Part shown: in pieces, positions 6,201 through 15,717 of the stretch
Layout of the letters: every line of letters begins with the position of its first letter
Numbering within the stretch: the stretch's first letter is position 1
IMG/VR virus record: IMGVR_UViG_3300044770_000090
Span: 1-38,382 of that record
DNA from: a virus
Taxonomy: Duplodnaviria > Caudoviricetes
Length of the DNA stretch: 38,382 nt
Strand: one strand, 5' to 3'
Translations under genes and position numbers: made by a program
Notes under the pieces: model-generated
Told to the model about the DNA's origin: nothing
Seen by the model: only the letters and a program-made list of their open reading frames with translations
Databases searched by the model: none

Positions 6201-7792
6201 CAGGGCACCTCCCACCGCATGCGAAACGCCAGGTCCTCGAGGCACCGTATCACCGACCCGGCCCCGGAGAACCCGCGCCAGGCGATCCCCACGATGACGT
6301 CCGTGTCGTCGCGATCGGTGCGCGCGAGCCGGACCATCTTGTGCTTGCCCGCTCCCACACCGATCGCCTCGACGGATCCGGTGGGCAGAAAGACATCGGG
6401 CATGTCGAAGTAGTCGCATCGCAGGTCCGCCACACCGTTGGGGGTGACGATCTCGGCATGCATCACCAGGCGGCCGCCCTCGGCGCCCATCCCCGTGGGT
6501 TGCCGGATCCTCATGGTGCTGTCGACGATCATCGTGTAACCGGCGGTGCCTGGCGAGGGCCAGGAGAAATCCCGCTGGCGATACCCGCGCTCGAGCAGCT
6601 CGCGATCACGCTGCGCCGCGCGGCGCATCCACCCTGCGGTGATCGCCCCTCCTCCTGCGCGCGCGGCCGGGGGCCAGTGTTGCCAGTGATGAGCGAGCAG
6701 CGCCTTGTCCCCCGCCGGGGAGTTGGCGGTGTTCATCGGCTGGGGGAGCCACGAGGCGCCGGCGGAGGTGACACGCACGAACGTCGTCTGGCCGGTGGTG
6801 TTGTTGTGCACGCGAGCGCCGATCTCGATCTCCTTGCCGCGGAAGGCTGAGAGGTTGATCTGCTGCTTGCTGGCGAAGGCGTACGAGGTGTTTGAGTAGG
6901 GCCCCGTGATCTCGGCGTGGTGGAGGTTCGAGAACGGATACACCTCAGATCCCGCGGAGTTCACCGCCACGAACTGCACCTGGCCGGTGCCACCCGTCAC
7001 GCGGATCTCGGACAGAATGTCCAGGACCTCGGCCCACTTCGGCACGTAGATCAGAAACCCGCGTTTGAGCGGGCTCCATCCTGAACCGCCCACGGACGTC
7101 CAGGACTGCTCCCCCATCAAGACACCGCCGCCACGCTGGCGCAGCTTCTGATCCCGGTCGTAGAACGCCGTGCAGATCGCGGCCGTGATCGGCTTGGCCT
7201 CGAGGAGCATCGCGTCTGTGAGATCCGAAGACGGTGCGGTCGTCCAGTCAGGATCCGGGTCGATGCGCAGCGCGTTGCGCACCGCGTCGTCGGGCCCCAC
7301 GGACACAGGAAACGGATCCGCCTGCGCGCGCCCGGACGGCAGCGCGGCGATGACGAGATCTCCAGAGGCCCCGGCGTGCCCTGCGTAGATCTCCACCACG
7401 TAAACGCCTTCGGCGAGTGAGGAGACATCCACGGTGACGGTCCACGGAGAGGCCGAGACGTTGGTGTCCTGGAGGGCCGAGTTCAGGTTCGCGCCGCCCG
7501 GGTCGACTCTGACCTGGGCCCACGTGCGCGCGGCTCCGGTGGTGCGCCGGCCGACGTAGAACTTCACGCGCAGCGTCTTCGCGAACGCCGGGATGAACAT
7601 CCGGACCGGAACGCCGCACGCCACGACGTTGGGGAAGGTCTGATTGAGCCCCGTGATCCCGGTGAGCTTGTTCTGCCAGGTGCTCTCCTCGAGCGCCAGG
7701 ACGTTGTCGTTGTCGCGGAAATACGTCCGCCACTTGACGTCTTCCTGGCCAGCGTCCGGGTCGTCCTGTGTTGTGACCTTCGTCCAGGGCAT
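6200..7792 (-). CDS. Tail-tip/fibre protein made of three tandem related modules (530 aa)
   Basis: Three W...(I)T....(RDND/DRD/QRD)..L anchor motifs, each followed by a beta-rich domain. Confidence 0.65.
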   Translation of the reverse strand: MPWTKVTTQDDPDAGQEDVKWRTYFRDNDNVLALEESTWQNKLTGITGLNQTFPNVVACGVPVRMFIPAFAKTLRVKFYVGRRTTGAARTWAQVRVDPGGANLNSALQDTNVSASPWTVTVDVSSLAEGVYVVEIYAGHAGASGDLVIAALPSGRAQADPFPVSVGPDDAVRNALRIDPDPDWTTAPSSDLTDAMLLEAKPITAAICTAFYDRDQKLRQRGGGVLMGEQSWTSVGGSGWSPLKRGFLIYVPKWAEVLDILSEIRVTGGTGQVQFVAVNSAGSEVYPFSNLHHAEITGPYSNTSYAFASKQQINLSAFRGKEIEIGARVHNNTTGQTTFVRVTSAGASWLPQPMNTANSPAGDKALLAHHWQHWPPAARAGGGAITAGWMRRAAQRDRELLERGYRQRDFSWPSPGTAGYTMIVDSTMRIRQPTGMGAEGGRLVMHAEIVTPNGVADLRCDYFDMPDVFLPTGSVEAIGVGAGKHKMVRLARTDRDDTDVIVGIAWRGFSGAGSVIRCLEDLAFRMRWEVP

Positions 7793-7802
7793 GAGAGGGG
7801 CC

Positions 7803-9455
7803 TCAGTAGAGGTAGTAGCCGGGGGCACCGCCGATCAGGTTCGAGGCGTTGCCGAAAAACGCGTACCGCTTCTGTGTGAGGCTCGCTGCTCCGTAGTCTG
7901 GGGTGCCATCCGGCGCGATCCAGGACCACTTGCGCCTGAAGCTGTGGTCGAACAGCGTGAGATCGACCGCGCCCTGGCCGTAGTCAACCCCGGCGCGGAT
8001 CACCTCCATCAGGCGATCGGTCAGGCCGCGGGTGCCTACAGTGGTGTCCGGCAGATCGGGATCGGTCAGCGAGACCACGTTGCCCACCTCGACGTCGCGC
8101 TTCGTGAGGGCGAGCTCGACGTCAACCTCGATGGGAGGGCCCTGCCAGCGTCGCAGGTGGCGCGCTGCGATCTCCTGGGCGAGCGCGATCCCGTTGAGCG
8201 CCGTGCGCAGCCCCCCGGAGTTGATCTCGACGATGCTGACCTCCTTGCTGTTGGTCTGGTCGGGGATGTTCTCCCGCAGCGCGAGATCGGCGTACGCGGA
8301 GCCGCTCTCCACCGGCACGTCCCCCCGCACGATCACGCGGTTGAAGTGCGAGTCGATCAGGCGCTTCCACTTCGGCGAGGTGATCATGTCCTGGGGCGCG
8401 AGCGTGACGGGTGAGGCGACCTCGGGCCCAGGGGGCACGAACGCGCGGACGCTGATCTTGCCGTCCGATCGGATGTAGGGGAAAAAACCCAGGAGGAACA
8501 GCTGCGCCTGGAAGAACTGGCGGGCCTTCGCGGCATCGCGCCACAGGAAATCAACGTCGAAGTTCGCGTACAACGCGTCGCGCGTGAACTGGAACCCAGG
8601 CACGTCCACGTCGGCCGCTGGAATGCCCAGGCCGGAGGGGCCGTTCCAGAAGTCAACCACAGAGAAGTCTGTCGTCGCCGCGGTGGCTGTCGCCGGCTCG
8701 TAGATCCGCTCGAACACCCCCGAGAGCAGCGCGTAGAAGATGTTGATGATGTTGCCACGCACAAACGGCGCGCGCGTGAAGATGTCGTTGTTCAGATCGG
8801 ACCACGACTGAGTGATCCCGGTGGACAGGTTGACCCGCTTGGTGGGGCGGTCCCCGCCGGTGATGGTGAGTTTCTCGTACTGCGACCCGTCCTTGCGATA
8901 GAGCAACGCCGTGCCGCTGTAGAACTCCAGCTCGTTGTTGAGGATCAGAAACGTCTGGCCCAGCGCGGGCACCGCGGCGAGCTTGAACGTCTCGGCCTGC
9001 TCGGTGCCCAGCATGATCAGATCGCCCCACTTGCGCAGCAGGCTGTCGACCGTGCACTCCCACGTGCGCGCGCCGGAGTCGAAGTGGGTCTTGCGCAGCT
9101 CGCCGGTGAACAGCTTGCGATACTCCGACTCGGGATCGTCGCGGTAGCCCCCGTAGAGGGTGCCGCGCATGTTGACGTTGCTGGGGACCACGGGTGTGGC
9201 CTGCTCGGTGGAAAAGATGTCGGTGAGCTTCTGGTCCTCGTCGATGAACCGCAGGCGCACCTCGCCGTAGGTCGTGCTGTTCTGGAGCCGTTCGAGTGTC
9301 GCCACCGTGGACTCCGGCAGCTCCAGGCAGTGGACCTGCGTGCGCGTGGGCGCGAGCACCGGCAGCATCACGTACTGTTCGGAGGCAATGTCGTCGAACC
9401 GCCAGAAGTAGTTTGGCTTGTTGTTGGGTTTTGCGGTTTCGGCCGCGTAGGTCAC
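7803..9455 (-). CDS. Tail-tip hub (Tal/baseplate-hub-like) protein, 550 aa
   Basis: Position after the Dit-like genes; patterns LFTGEL and G+I...FNRV.V...EVGNVVSLT.P.LP...G...MEV typical of hub proteins. Confidence 0.7.
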   Translation of the reverse strand: MTYAAETAKPNNKPNYFWRFDDIASEQYVMLPVLAPTRTQVHCLELPESTVATLERLQNSTTYGEVRLRFIDEDQKLTDIFSTEQATPVVPSNVNMRGTLYGGYRDDPESEYRKLFTGELRKTHFDSGARTWECTVDSLLRKWGDLIMLGTEQAETFKLAAVPALGQTFLILNNELEFYSGTALLYRKDGSQYEKLTITGGDRPTKRVNLSTGITQSWSDLNNDIFTRAPFVRGNIINIFYALLSGVFERIYEPATATAATTDFSVVDFWNGPSGLGIPAADVDVPGFQFTRDALYANFDVDFLWRDAAKARQFFQAQLFLLGFFPYIRSDGKISVRAFVPPGPEVASPVTLAPQDMITSPKWKRLIDSHFNRVIVRGDVPVESGSAYADLALRENIPDQTNSKEVSIVEINSGGLRTALNGIALAQEIAARHLRRWQGPPIEVDVELALTKRDVEVGNVVSLTDPDLPDTTVGTRGLTDRLMEVIRAGVDYGQGAVDLTLFDHSFRRKWSWIAPDGTPDYGAASLTQKRYAFFGNASNLIGGAPGYYLY

Positions 9456-10171
9456 GAGGTGGCCCCTCCGCCTGGCTGATCGTGTCCGACCGACTGCTTC
9501 ATCGAGAGCGCGAAGGAGAACAGATTGGAGGGGATCCGCCGCACGGGTTCCACCTTCTGGCGCGTGATCATCACCCCGTAGCTGTCGGAGTCGGTGAGCA
9601 CGTCGCCGACATTGTATCCATAGGTGAGCTCGGTCACCCGGCCGCCGATCGTGTAGTCGCCCAGACCTACGCCAACGCCGTTGAACGTCACGTCCTCACT
9701 GATCCCAGTGGTGAGGTTGAGCAGGCGGTAGGCCGTCTTGCTGTCGGTGACCGGAGTGCCGATCGCGTTGACATCGTCTGTGCTGATCGCGTTGGCCGTC
9801 GCGGGTGCTGGCGAGTCCAGTACGCGCAGCACGGCCGACACCGGGTCCATGAGAAACGTGAAATGCCCGCCGGCACCTGCCCACGACCAGAACGCCACCA
9901 TCTCGTCGTTGAAAGCAGCGACCTCCGGTGTGTCCTCCGGGTAGCCTGGGACGTAGATCACGATCTGGTCGTAGATGCTGATGGGCTCGCGGCTTACCGC
10001 CCCCCCGGTGGTGGCTTCTACGATCACGATCCCGGGGCCGCGCGACCAGTGCAGGGTGAACGCCCCGAAGCGCCGGATCTCCGCGTGCTGCACCGGCCAG
10101 GGAAACAGGATGTCGCGCACACCGGAGCCTGGGTTGTAGCGGATCAGCGGAGCAGACGGGTACGCGATCAC
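9452..10171 (-). CDS. Distal tail (Dit-like) protein, paralogue B
   Basis: Second gene after the tape measure; clear similarity to 10168-10797. Confidence 0.65.
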   Translation of the reverse strand: MIAYPSAPLIRYNPGSGVRDILFPWPVQHAEIRRFGAFTLHWSRGPGIVIVEATTGGAVSREPISIYDQIVIYVPGYPEDTPEVAAFNDEMVAFWSWAGAGGHFTFLMDPVSAVLRVLDSPAPATANAISTDDVNAIGTPVTDSKTAYRLLNLTTGISEDVTFNGVGVGLGDYTIGGRVTELTYGYNVGDVLTDSDSYGVMITRQKVEPVRRIPSNLFSFALSMKQSVGHDQPGGGATS

Positions 10172-10797
10172 GGGACCAGATTCACGAACGTCCGGAACTT
10201 CAGCCGGAAGTCCACGCGCTTGGAGTCGCGCTCCCGGGTGGGGTTGGTCTGATCGATGGCGATGCAGCGTGGGAAGTAAAGCCGGGACCGGAAGCTATCT
10301 CCCGAAGCGTACGAGTAGATCAGATTCCCCACGGCCGTCACCGACACACCGGCCGAGATGGACGCGATCTCCACCACCTCGCGCGCCGCTCCCCCGTTGG
10401 CCGCTTCGATGAGGTATTTCACGCCGACGATGAGCCCAGTGGTGCTCGCCAGCGGGATCACTTTCTGACTCGCAGGCGCCGACCCGTCCAGGAGCTTGTT
10501 GCTGGTCTGGGTCTGATCGACACCGAAAGCGAACTCCCCGCCGCTGCCCGCGTGCGCCCAGAAGGCCTCCATCTCGTCCACGAACGCCGAAACCGTCGCA
10601 TCGTCGATCGACATGCGGGTGAGCACCGCCTCGTACTCGTCGAGGAAGTGGTAGAAGTGGCGCATCTCGACTCCGCCACGTGTTCGGTGGTCGGTGCGAT
10701 CGGGCACCCGGCCAGGGCCTGGCAGGTCCTCGAGCCCGCTGGGCAGGATGACGTTGCGCGAGCCCGAGCCGGGGTTGTAGATGATGACGGCCGCCAT
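10168..10797 (-). CDS. Distal tail (Dit-like) protein, paralogue A (209 aa)
   Basis: Immediately after the tape measure (TGATG overlap); MAAVIIYNPGSG... start. Confidence 0.7.
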   Translation of the reverse strand: MAAVIIYNPGSGSRNVILPSGLEDLPGPGRVPDRTDHRTRGGVEMRHFYHFLDEYEAVLTRMSIDDATVSAFVDEMEAFWAHAGSGGEFAFGVDQTQTSNKLLDGSAPASQKVIPLASTTGLIVGVKYLIEAANGGAAREVVEIASISAGVSVTAVGNLIYSYASGDSFRSRLYFPRCIAIDQTNPTRERDSKRVDFRLKFRTFVNLVP

Positions 10798-13646
10798 CAG
10801 CTCACCACGTGCGAGGCCTTGAGCACCCCGCCCTTGGATTCGACGACGTCGGTGATCTCGCGCATCAGCTCTTCGACGAGGTTCCGGGTGATCATGTTCT
10901 CGAAGCGCATGTTGAAGGTGAACCCCGGCGACTGGCCCCCGCGCGTCGCCTGAGACAAGACGGCCTCTTCGGCGAACTTCGTCACGTCGTTGCGCAGGAT
11001 GATCTCGCCGGGTTGGGCTGCGATGAGCACCGAGTCGCGCGTGGTGCGCGTGCCGGCGATCTGACCGCCGGTGGCGAACCCTGGCACGGCCAGAACCCTG
11101 GGCAGCGGAGGAGGGGCGTTCTGGATCTGCCCCCCCTGCGCTGCGAAGCCCGCGGGATGCATCGCCGCCGTGTCGGGGACCTGGCCGCCCTGGCTGAAGC
11201 CAAATAAGCCGACGCCAGTCGCGGAGGAAATCGCCTTGAGGATGAGGGCCTGGACGATGGCCTTTGCGATGTCGGCCATGAACTGCTTGAAGAACTTCCG
11301 CCACGAGACGTCGGCCCCGAAGGCCGCGTCCACGATCGTGTCGCCGAGCCTCAGCGCGCCGTTGATCAGCGCCTGTTGCACGGCCGCGATCAGCTCCAGA
11401 TTCGCTTGATGCTGGGCCGCGGCTTCATTGGCAACGGCCACTTGCTCCGCGACGACGGCCCACGCCCCCGACATGCTCCCCGTCGCCTCCCACGCCTGGA
11501 GGAGCATCGCGTTGAACTGCTCGACACCGAGGACCGCTTCGCCGATGGACCGGACGAGCTCCTCGTTGATGTCGTTGAGATCCAGCGCGCCGATCTGGTC
11601 TGCGACCCTCTCCCACGCCTCGGCCTGGGAGTCTGTGGCAGCGGCGGCCTGAAGCATCAGGATCCGGAAGCCATCCGCGCCAAGGAGCAACTCCCCTTGC
11701 GCCGCGATGGCGTCTTTCTGGGCAGCCGCAACCGTCGCTTCGACCACCTGCGCGCCGACTTTCTGCCACGCCGCGGCGAGGCTGCCAGTCTCTTCGACGG
11801 CGCCGAACAGCGCCTTGTTGAAGTTGGCCGTCCCGACAACGGCCTCCCCCTGGAGTCGGACGATCTCCTGCTGGAAGGCCGAGATCCCCTGCAGGACGGC
11901 CGCCGCCTCGTTGATCTCCCCGACGTCGATCTTGAAGCCCAGCGCCGGGATATCGATGTCTTTGACCGCGGCGTCGATCCGGATAGTCGACAGCGCGAGC
12001 TCGGCGGCATCGGCGATCTCCGGGAGCTTCGCCTTCATGGACGCCAGCAGCGCCAGGCTGGCCTGGTCCCCAGCGTCCGCAAATACCTTCACCAGAACAT
12101 CCGCGTTGACCCCCGCCAGACCAGCCTCGGCCGCTTTGGCGATGTCCGGGATCTTCACGTCGAGATCGGCGAGAAGCTTGAGCTTCTCTGTGTCTCCGAT
12201 CTTACGCAGGTCCACCACGAGTGCCTGCAGGGCGGCTCGCGCGCCAGCGACGTCTCCCACATCGATCAAATCAGTGAATGCCGGGCCCAGTTGATCGAGA
12301 GTCCGCTTCAGCTTGAGGGCCTCGTCGTCGAATCCCCCGAGCCCGTCGGCCGCGGCCTGAGCCGCCGGCGCCACGGCCAGCACTTCCTCGCGCAGCGCCT
12401 TGATCCGCGCCTTTGTGTCGAGGGTCTTGTCTGAGTCGGGGATCAACTCCAGCGTCCGAAGCTCGTGGGCCTTCGCGGTGAGTTCCGCGGTTGCCGTTGA
12501 GACGAGGCCCAGCTCCGCCCGGAGCGCCTGAATCTTGGCGATGGTCGCGTCGGCGCGCTCGGCCGGCGGGATGACTTCCAGCGAGGCCAGCACGACGGCC
12601 GAGGACCGCAGGTCCTCGATACGCTTTCGGGTTGCCTCTGCGGCATCGGCGATCTCGTCGAACACCGACGCAAGGCCCGACAGGTCCGGCCCCTGCCCGA
12701 GTGCCGACAGGATGCCACTCAGCGCGGCGGCCCCCTGGCCGAGCCGGGCGACGCTCTCGGTCAGAGCGGCGATGTCCGCCGCGGCGAGGCTCACGAACTC
12801 GCGGAAGTTGACCGACCGCACCGCAGCGGCCAGGTGATCGAAGACCCTGCTCAGCCCGTCGATGAGCGCGATGACTTCGGGGGACTGGATGATCGTCTCG
12901 CCGATCGCTTCGAGAAGCGTCTCGTACGCTTCGGCGGCTGCATTCACGCGCCCGGTGAACGTTCCCCCGATCGCCTCGGCATTGTCGCGCCAGCGCCCCT
13001 CCATGATCCCCAGGACGGTGGACAGGCGTTCTGAACCCTTGACGGTCTCGTCGATGCCGAGCTGCACGCGCCCGAGGCTGTTGACCTCCCCGCTGAGGAC
13101 AGCTGAGAGTTGGCGCGCGGCCGTGACGGCATCGACGCCGGTGGAGATGGAGAAATCCAGCGTCGCGCGGGTGGCGCGCTCCAGTTCCGCACCCCCGAGC
13201 CGGCCCAGAGAGATCAGCAGGTTCTGCACCTCGCCGATCGTCTCGTCGCTCACTCCGGTCAGGCGCGTGAGGGCGTCGGCCGTCGCGCCAAGATCGGCGA
13301 CGGAGTCCTGCGCTCGCCCGCCCATGTTGGCGAGAGAGACGGCGAGCCGGGTGGTGATGGCTTCCTGCTCCAGCGCCGCGGTGATCGCCGGAGAGATGGC
13401 CGAGACGACCGTGCGCCAGGCTTTGCCGGCCAGCTCGAGCGCCTGGTTCACGTCCGTCAGAACACCGCGGAACTGCTGGTACGCCCCCAGGATCCCGCCG
13501 CTGGCGTTGGCGGCGTCCTGCTGCGCCTGCTCGTCGCGCTTGCGCTTCTCTGTGAGGACGTCGAGCTTGACCGCGATCTCGGTGAGGGTCTTGCTGGCGT
13601 TGTCGATCGCCTCGACGAGGATGTCCAGGCGCTGCTGATCGGCCAT
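10797..13646 (-). CDS. Tail tape measure protein (949 aa)
   Basis: LDILVEAIDNAS N-terminus, Ala-rich helical body, C-terminal F.QGG/FATGG..G....DSV....PGE motifs; follows the tail chaperones. Confidence 0.92.
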   Translation of the reverse strand: MADQQRLDILVEAIDNASKTLTEIAVKLDVLTEKRKRDEQAQQDAANASGGILGAYQQFRGVLTDVNQALELAGKAWRTVVSAISPAITAALEQEAITTRLAVSLANMGGRAQDSVADLGATADALTRLTGVSDETIGEVQNLLISLGRLGGAELERATRATLDFSISTGVDAVTAARQLSAVLSGEVNSLGRVQLGIDETVKGSERLSTVLGIMEGRWRDNAEAIGGTFTGRVNAAAEAYETLLEAIGETIIQSPEVIALIDGLSRVFDHLAAAVRSVNFREFVSLAAADIAALTESVARLGQGAAALSGILSALGQGPDLSGLASVFDEIADAAEATRKRIEDLRSSAVVLASLEVIPPAERADATIAKIQALRAELGLVSTATAELTAKAHELRTLELIPDSDKTLDTKARIKALREEVLAVAPAAQAAADGLGGFDDEALKLKRTLDQLGPAFTDLIDVGDVAGARAALQALVVDLRKIGDTEKLKLLADLDVKIPDIAKAAEAGLAGVNADVLVKVFADAGDQASLALLASMKAKLPEIADAAELALSTIRIDAAVKDIDIPALGFKIDVGEINEAAAVLQGISAFQQEIVRLQGEAVVGTANFNKALFGAVEETGSLAAAWQKVGAQVVEATVAAAQKDAIAAQGELLLGADGFRILMLQAAAATDSQAEAWERVADQIGALDLNDINEELVRSIGEAVLGVEQFNAMLLQAWEATGSMSGAWAVVAEQVAVANEAAAQHQANLELIAAVQQALINGALRLGDTIVDAAFGADVSWRKFFKQFMADIAKAIVQALILKAISSATGVGLFGFSQGGQVPDTAAMHPAGFAAQGGQIQNAPPPLPRVLAVPGFATGGQIAGTRTTRDSVLIAAQPGEIILRNDVTKFAEEAVLSQATRGGQSPGFTFNMRFENMITRNLVEELMREITDVVESKGGVLKASHVVS

Positions 13647-13648
13647 TC

Positions 13649-13873
13649 TTACCCCCGTCCCCTCGCCATCAGCGACGCGAGCATCGCCTCGTACTCCTTG
13701 CGCTGCTCGCTGGAGTCGCGCGCGTCCTCACGCGACCCAACGCCTGCGCACATCAAATCGAAAAAGAACGCCTGGACCCTATTGAAGCCCGGCAGCAGCT
13801 CGCTCGGTCTGCAGCCGTATCTCTGAGCGACCCGATCGAACGTCAGGCAGAGTTCGGGTCGCTCGACGTAGGG
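13649..13873 (-). CDS. Tail assembly chaperone C-terminal extension (lambda gpT-like), probably reached by a -1 frameshift
   Basis: Open -1 frame PYVERPELCLTFDRVAQRYGCRPSELL...ARGRG* fills the gap up to the tape measure and has no obvious start of its own. Confidence 0.65.
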   Translation of the reverse strand, partial: PYVERPELCLTFDRVAQRYGCRPSELLPGFNRVQAFFFDLMCAGVGSREDARDSSEQRKEYEAMLASLMARGRG

Positions 13874-14253
13874 CGCATCTGATCGCGCGCCTTGTTGCTC
13901 ATCCCCGACAGTTCGATGATCTTCGTCAGGAGCGAGAACAGATCCACGGCCGGGATCTCGCTCATGGCGACCTCGTCGGGCCCGTCACCCACGACCGGGT
14001 CCACCAGTCCCAGCGCGACGATCTTCTGGAGCTTGCGCACGTGCTCGGGACTCTGGAGCATCTCGCGCCATCCCCACGTGCGCTCGACGTTCTCTGTCGG
14101 CGACTCGGTCGGCAGGAACGACGGGAGCTTCTCCCACACCGCGGTCAGCTCGGCGAGTTCCACCGAGCGCACCTCGTAGGTGAGCCCCGAGGGGCCCTCG
14201 ACGGTCCCCCGGCTCGGTTCCTTCCACATCCTGACGTCTCTCTTGTTTCCCAT
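13843..14253 (-). CDS. Tail assembly chaperone (lambda gpG-like, ~136 aa)
   Basis: Between tail tube and tape measure; helical composition; GLVDP.V motif. Confidence 0.75.
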   Translation of the reverse strand: MGNKRDVRMWKEPSRGTVEGPSGLTYEVRSVELAELTAVWEKLPSFLPTESPTENVERTWGWREMLQSPEHVRKLQKIVALGLVDPVVGDGPDEVAMSEIPAVDLFSLLTKIIELSGMSNKARDQMRPTSSDPNSA

Positions 14254-14348
14254 GGGTTGCCAGCAGCTCCTATCGGTTGTGGTGGTTGAAACACGCGAGG
14301 ACCGCACCCGCTGACCCGAACACGATCCCCGCGCGACCCTGTCTTGCC

Positions 14349-14621
14349 TCAGCTCGCGGGGTGCAGCTCCGTCTCGGCGAACGGGTGCGAGCGCATTCCG
14401 TCGCGTCCCTCGTAGCTGACCTGGTAGTGCGGCTCCTTGTCGGCCGACACGATGAGGGCCGTCACCACCCCTGACTGTCCCTCGCCAAACGCCACGACCT
14501 CGCCGATCCCGTAGGCGAGGTAGGTGTCCACCCCCGAGATCCGATTGCTGATCACGGTGTTGGGCTCGCGCTTGCCGTCCGCGCTTTCCGGTGCTGGATC
14601 CCCTTCCTTGCGACGAACCAT
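14349..14621 (-). CDS. Small SH3/KOW-like beta-barrel protein (90 aa)
   Basis: Y.IGEVV......GVV.A........Y.VSY.......F.E.EL pattern; RBS AAGGAG. Confidence 0.6.
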   Translation of the reverse strand: MVRRKEGDPAPESADGKREPNTVISNRISGVDTYLAYGIGEVVAFGEGQSGVVTALIVSADKEPHYQVSYEGRDGMRSHPFAETELHPAS

Positions 14622-14656
14622 CTGCGGCTCCTTGTGTCTGCGCCCGAGAACTGGTG

Positions 14657-14696
14657 GAGGGATGCCCGGGGCGAGGCGCGTGCCCCGGGCTCCCTC
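14657..14696 (-). terminator. Hairpin downstream of the tail tube gene
   Basis: GAGGGA-T-GCCCGGGGC...GCCCCGGGC-TCCCTC inverted repeat; no U-tract. Confidence 0.5.
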
Positions 14697-14709
14697 TGTT
14701 GCATCCCTG

Positions 14710-15714
14710 CTAGATCGCCGACTCGGAGTTCTTGTTGACGATCTGGAACGCCGAGAACGCTGCGCCCGTGTCCTCTATCGCCTTGATGGACACCTGCGTC
14801 TGGATGCGCCCGAAGCCCGTGATGGGGACCGGGGCCGCGTCCAGGAAGGCATCGTCGAGGATGAAGTCCAGCGCGTACTTGATACCCCCGGACGCGCCGA
14901 CGATGTCGTTGGGCGACAGGTGCGCGAGCGTCACCTTGCCGAGCGTGCCGGCGAGCGCCTTGGCGGTGAAGTCCGCGTGGTCGTGGAACTCCGCCACCAG
15001 GTTCAACGTGACGGTGCGCGGGGCCGTGCGCGTCGGCTGGAGGATGTTGGTGCTGCCGAGTGACCTGCGGTCGTTGTCGAGCTGGTTGTCGACGATCAGC
15101 TCGTAGGACTCAACCTTGCCGGTCATGTTCACCACCCCGCCGAAGTCGAAGTTCACCGTGACTTCTGACGCCAGCACCGGCTCGAGCGGCGACGGATAGG
15201 TGGGTGTGGTCGGGGCATCGATCCCGCCCGCCGAGACGATCATCTCGCGCGCGATGCCGCCGAACTCGATGAGCACGGGCTTGTCGGACCTGGCGTCGGC
15301 CGCCACGCGCATCCGCGACAGGTTGCAGCCCTTGGCGATGTAGACGGCGACGTCCTTGTCCACCTCGATGGTGAGGCCGGTGTGGATGGCGTCTTGCGGG
15401 TTGAACGCGTGCGTGAAGCCCGTGGGCGCCGAGCCCGACGTGGTGCCCGAGGTCCCGTGCTGGATCGCGCGGAAGAGCTTGAGCATCCCGTCGTAGAGCA
15501 GATCGAACTGCATGGGCCCTTCGGCGAAGTCCTTGATCTTGAACCGGCCGAGATAGGACGCGGAGCGGAACCCGCCCCGAAACCCGTAGCTCGGGATGTG
15601 GTTGATGTTGCTCTCACGCTGCTCATAGAAGTCCACGCGGGCGACCGAGGTCCCCCAGGTGCCTTCGTTGCCGATGCCGACGTAATTGGCGCGCTCTCTG
15701 AGTCCGACGACCAT
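14710..15714 (-). CDS. Major tail tube protein (334 aa)
   Basis: YVGIG.E.TWGT, TH.F.P, LTIEV.KD....Y...GC, ELIVDNQL motifs of siphovirus tube proteins; RBS GGAGG. Confidence 0.85.
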   Translation of the reverse strand: MVVGLRERANYVGIGNEGTWGTSVARVDFYEQRESNINHIPSYGFRGGFRSASYLGRFKIKDFAEGPMQFDLLYDGMLKLFRAIQHGTSGTTSGSAPTGFTHAFNPQDAIHTGLTIEVDKDVAVYIAKGCNLSRMRVAADARSDKPVLIEFGGIAREMIVSAGGIDAPTTPTYPSPLEPVLASEVTVNFDFGGVVNMTGKVESYELIVDNQLDNDRRSLGSTNILQPTRTAPRTVTLNLVAEFHDHADFTAKALAGTLGKVTLAHLSPNDIVGASGGIKYALDFILDDAFLDAAPVPITGFGRIQTQVSIKAIEDTGAAFSAFQIVNKNSESAI

Positions 15715-15717
15715 GGC

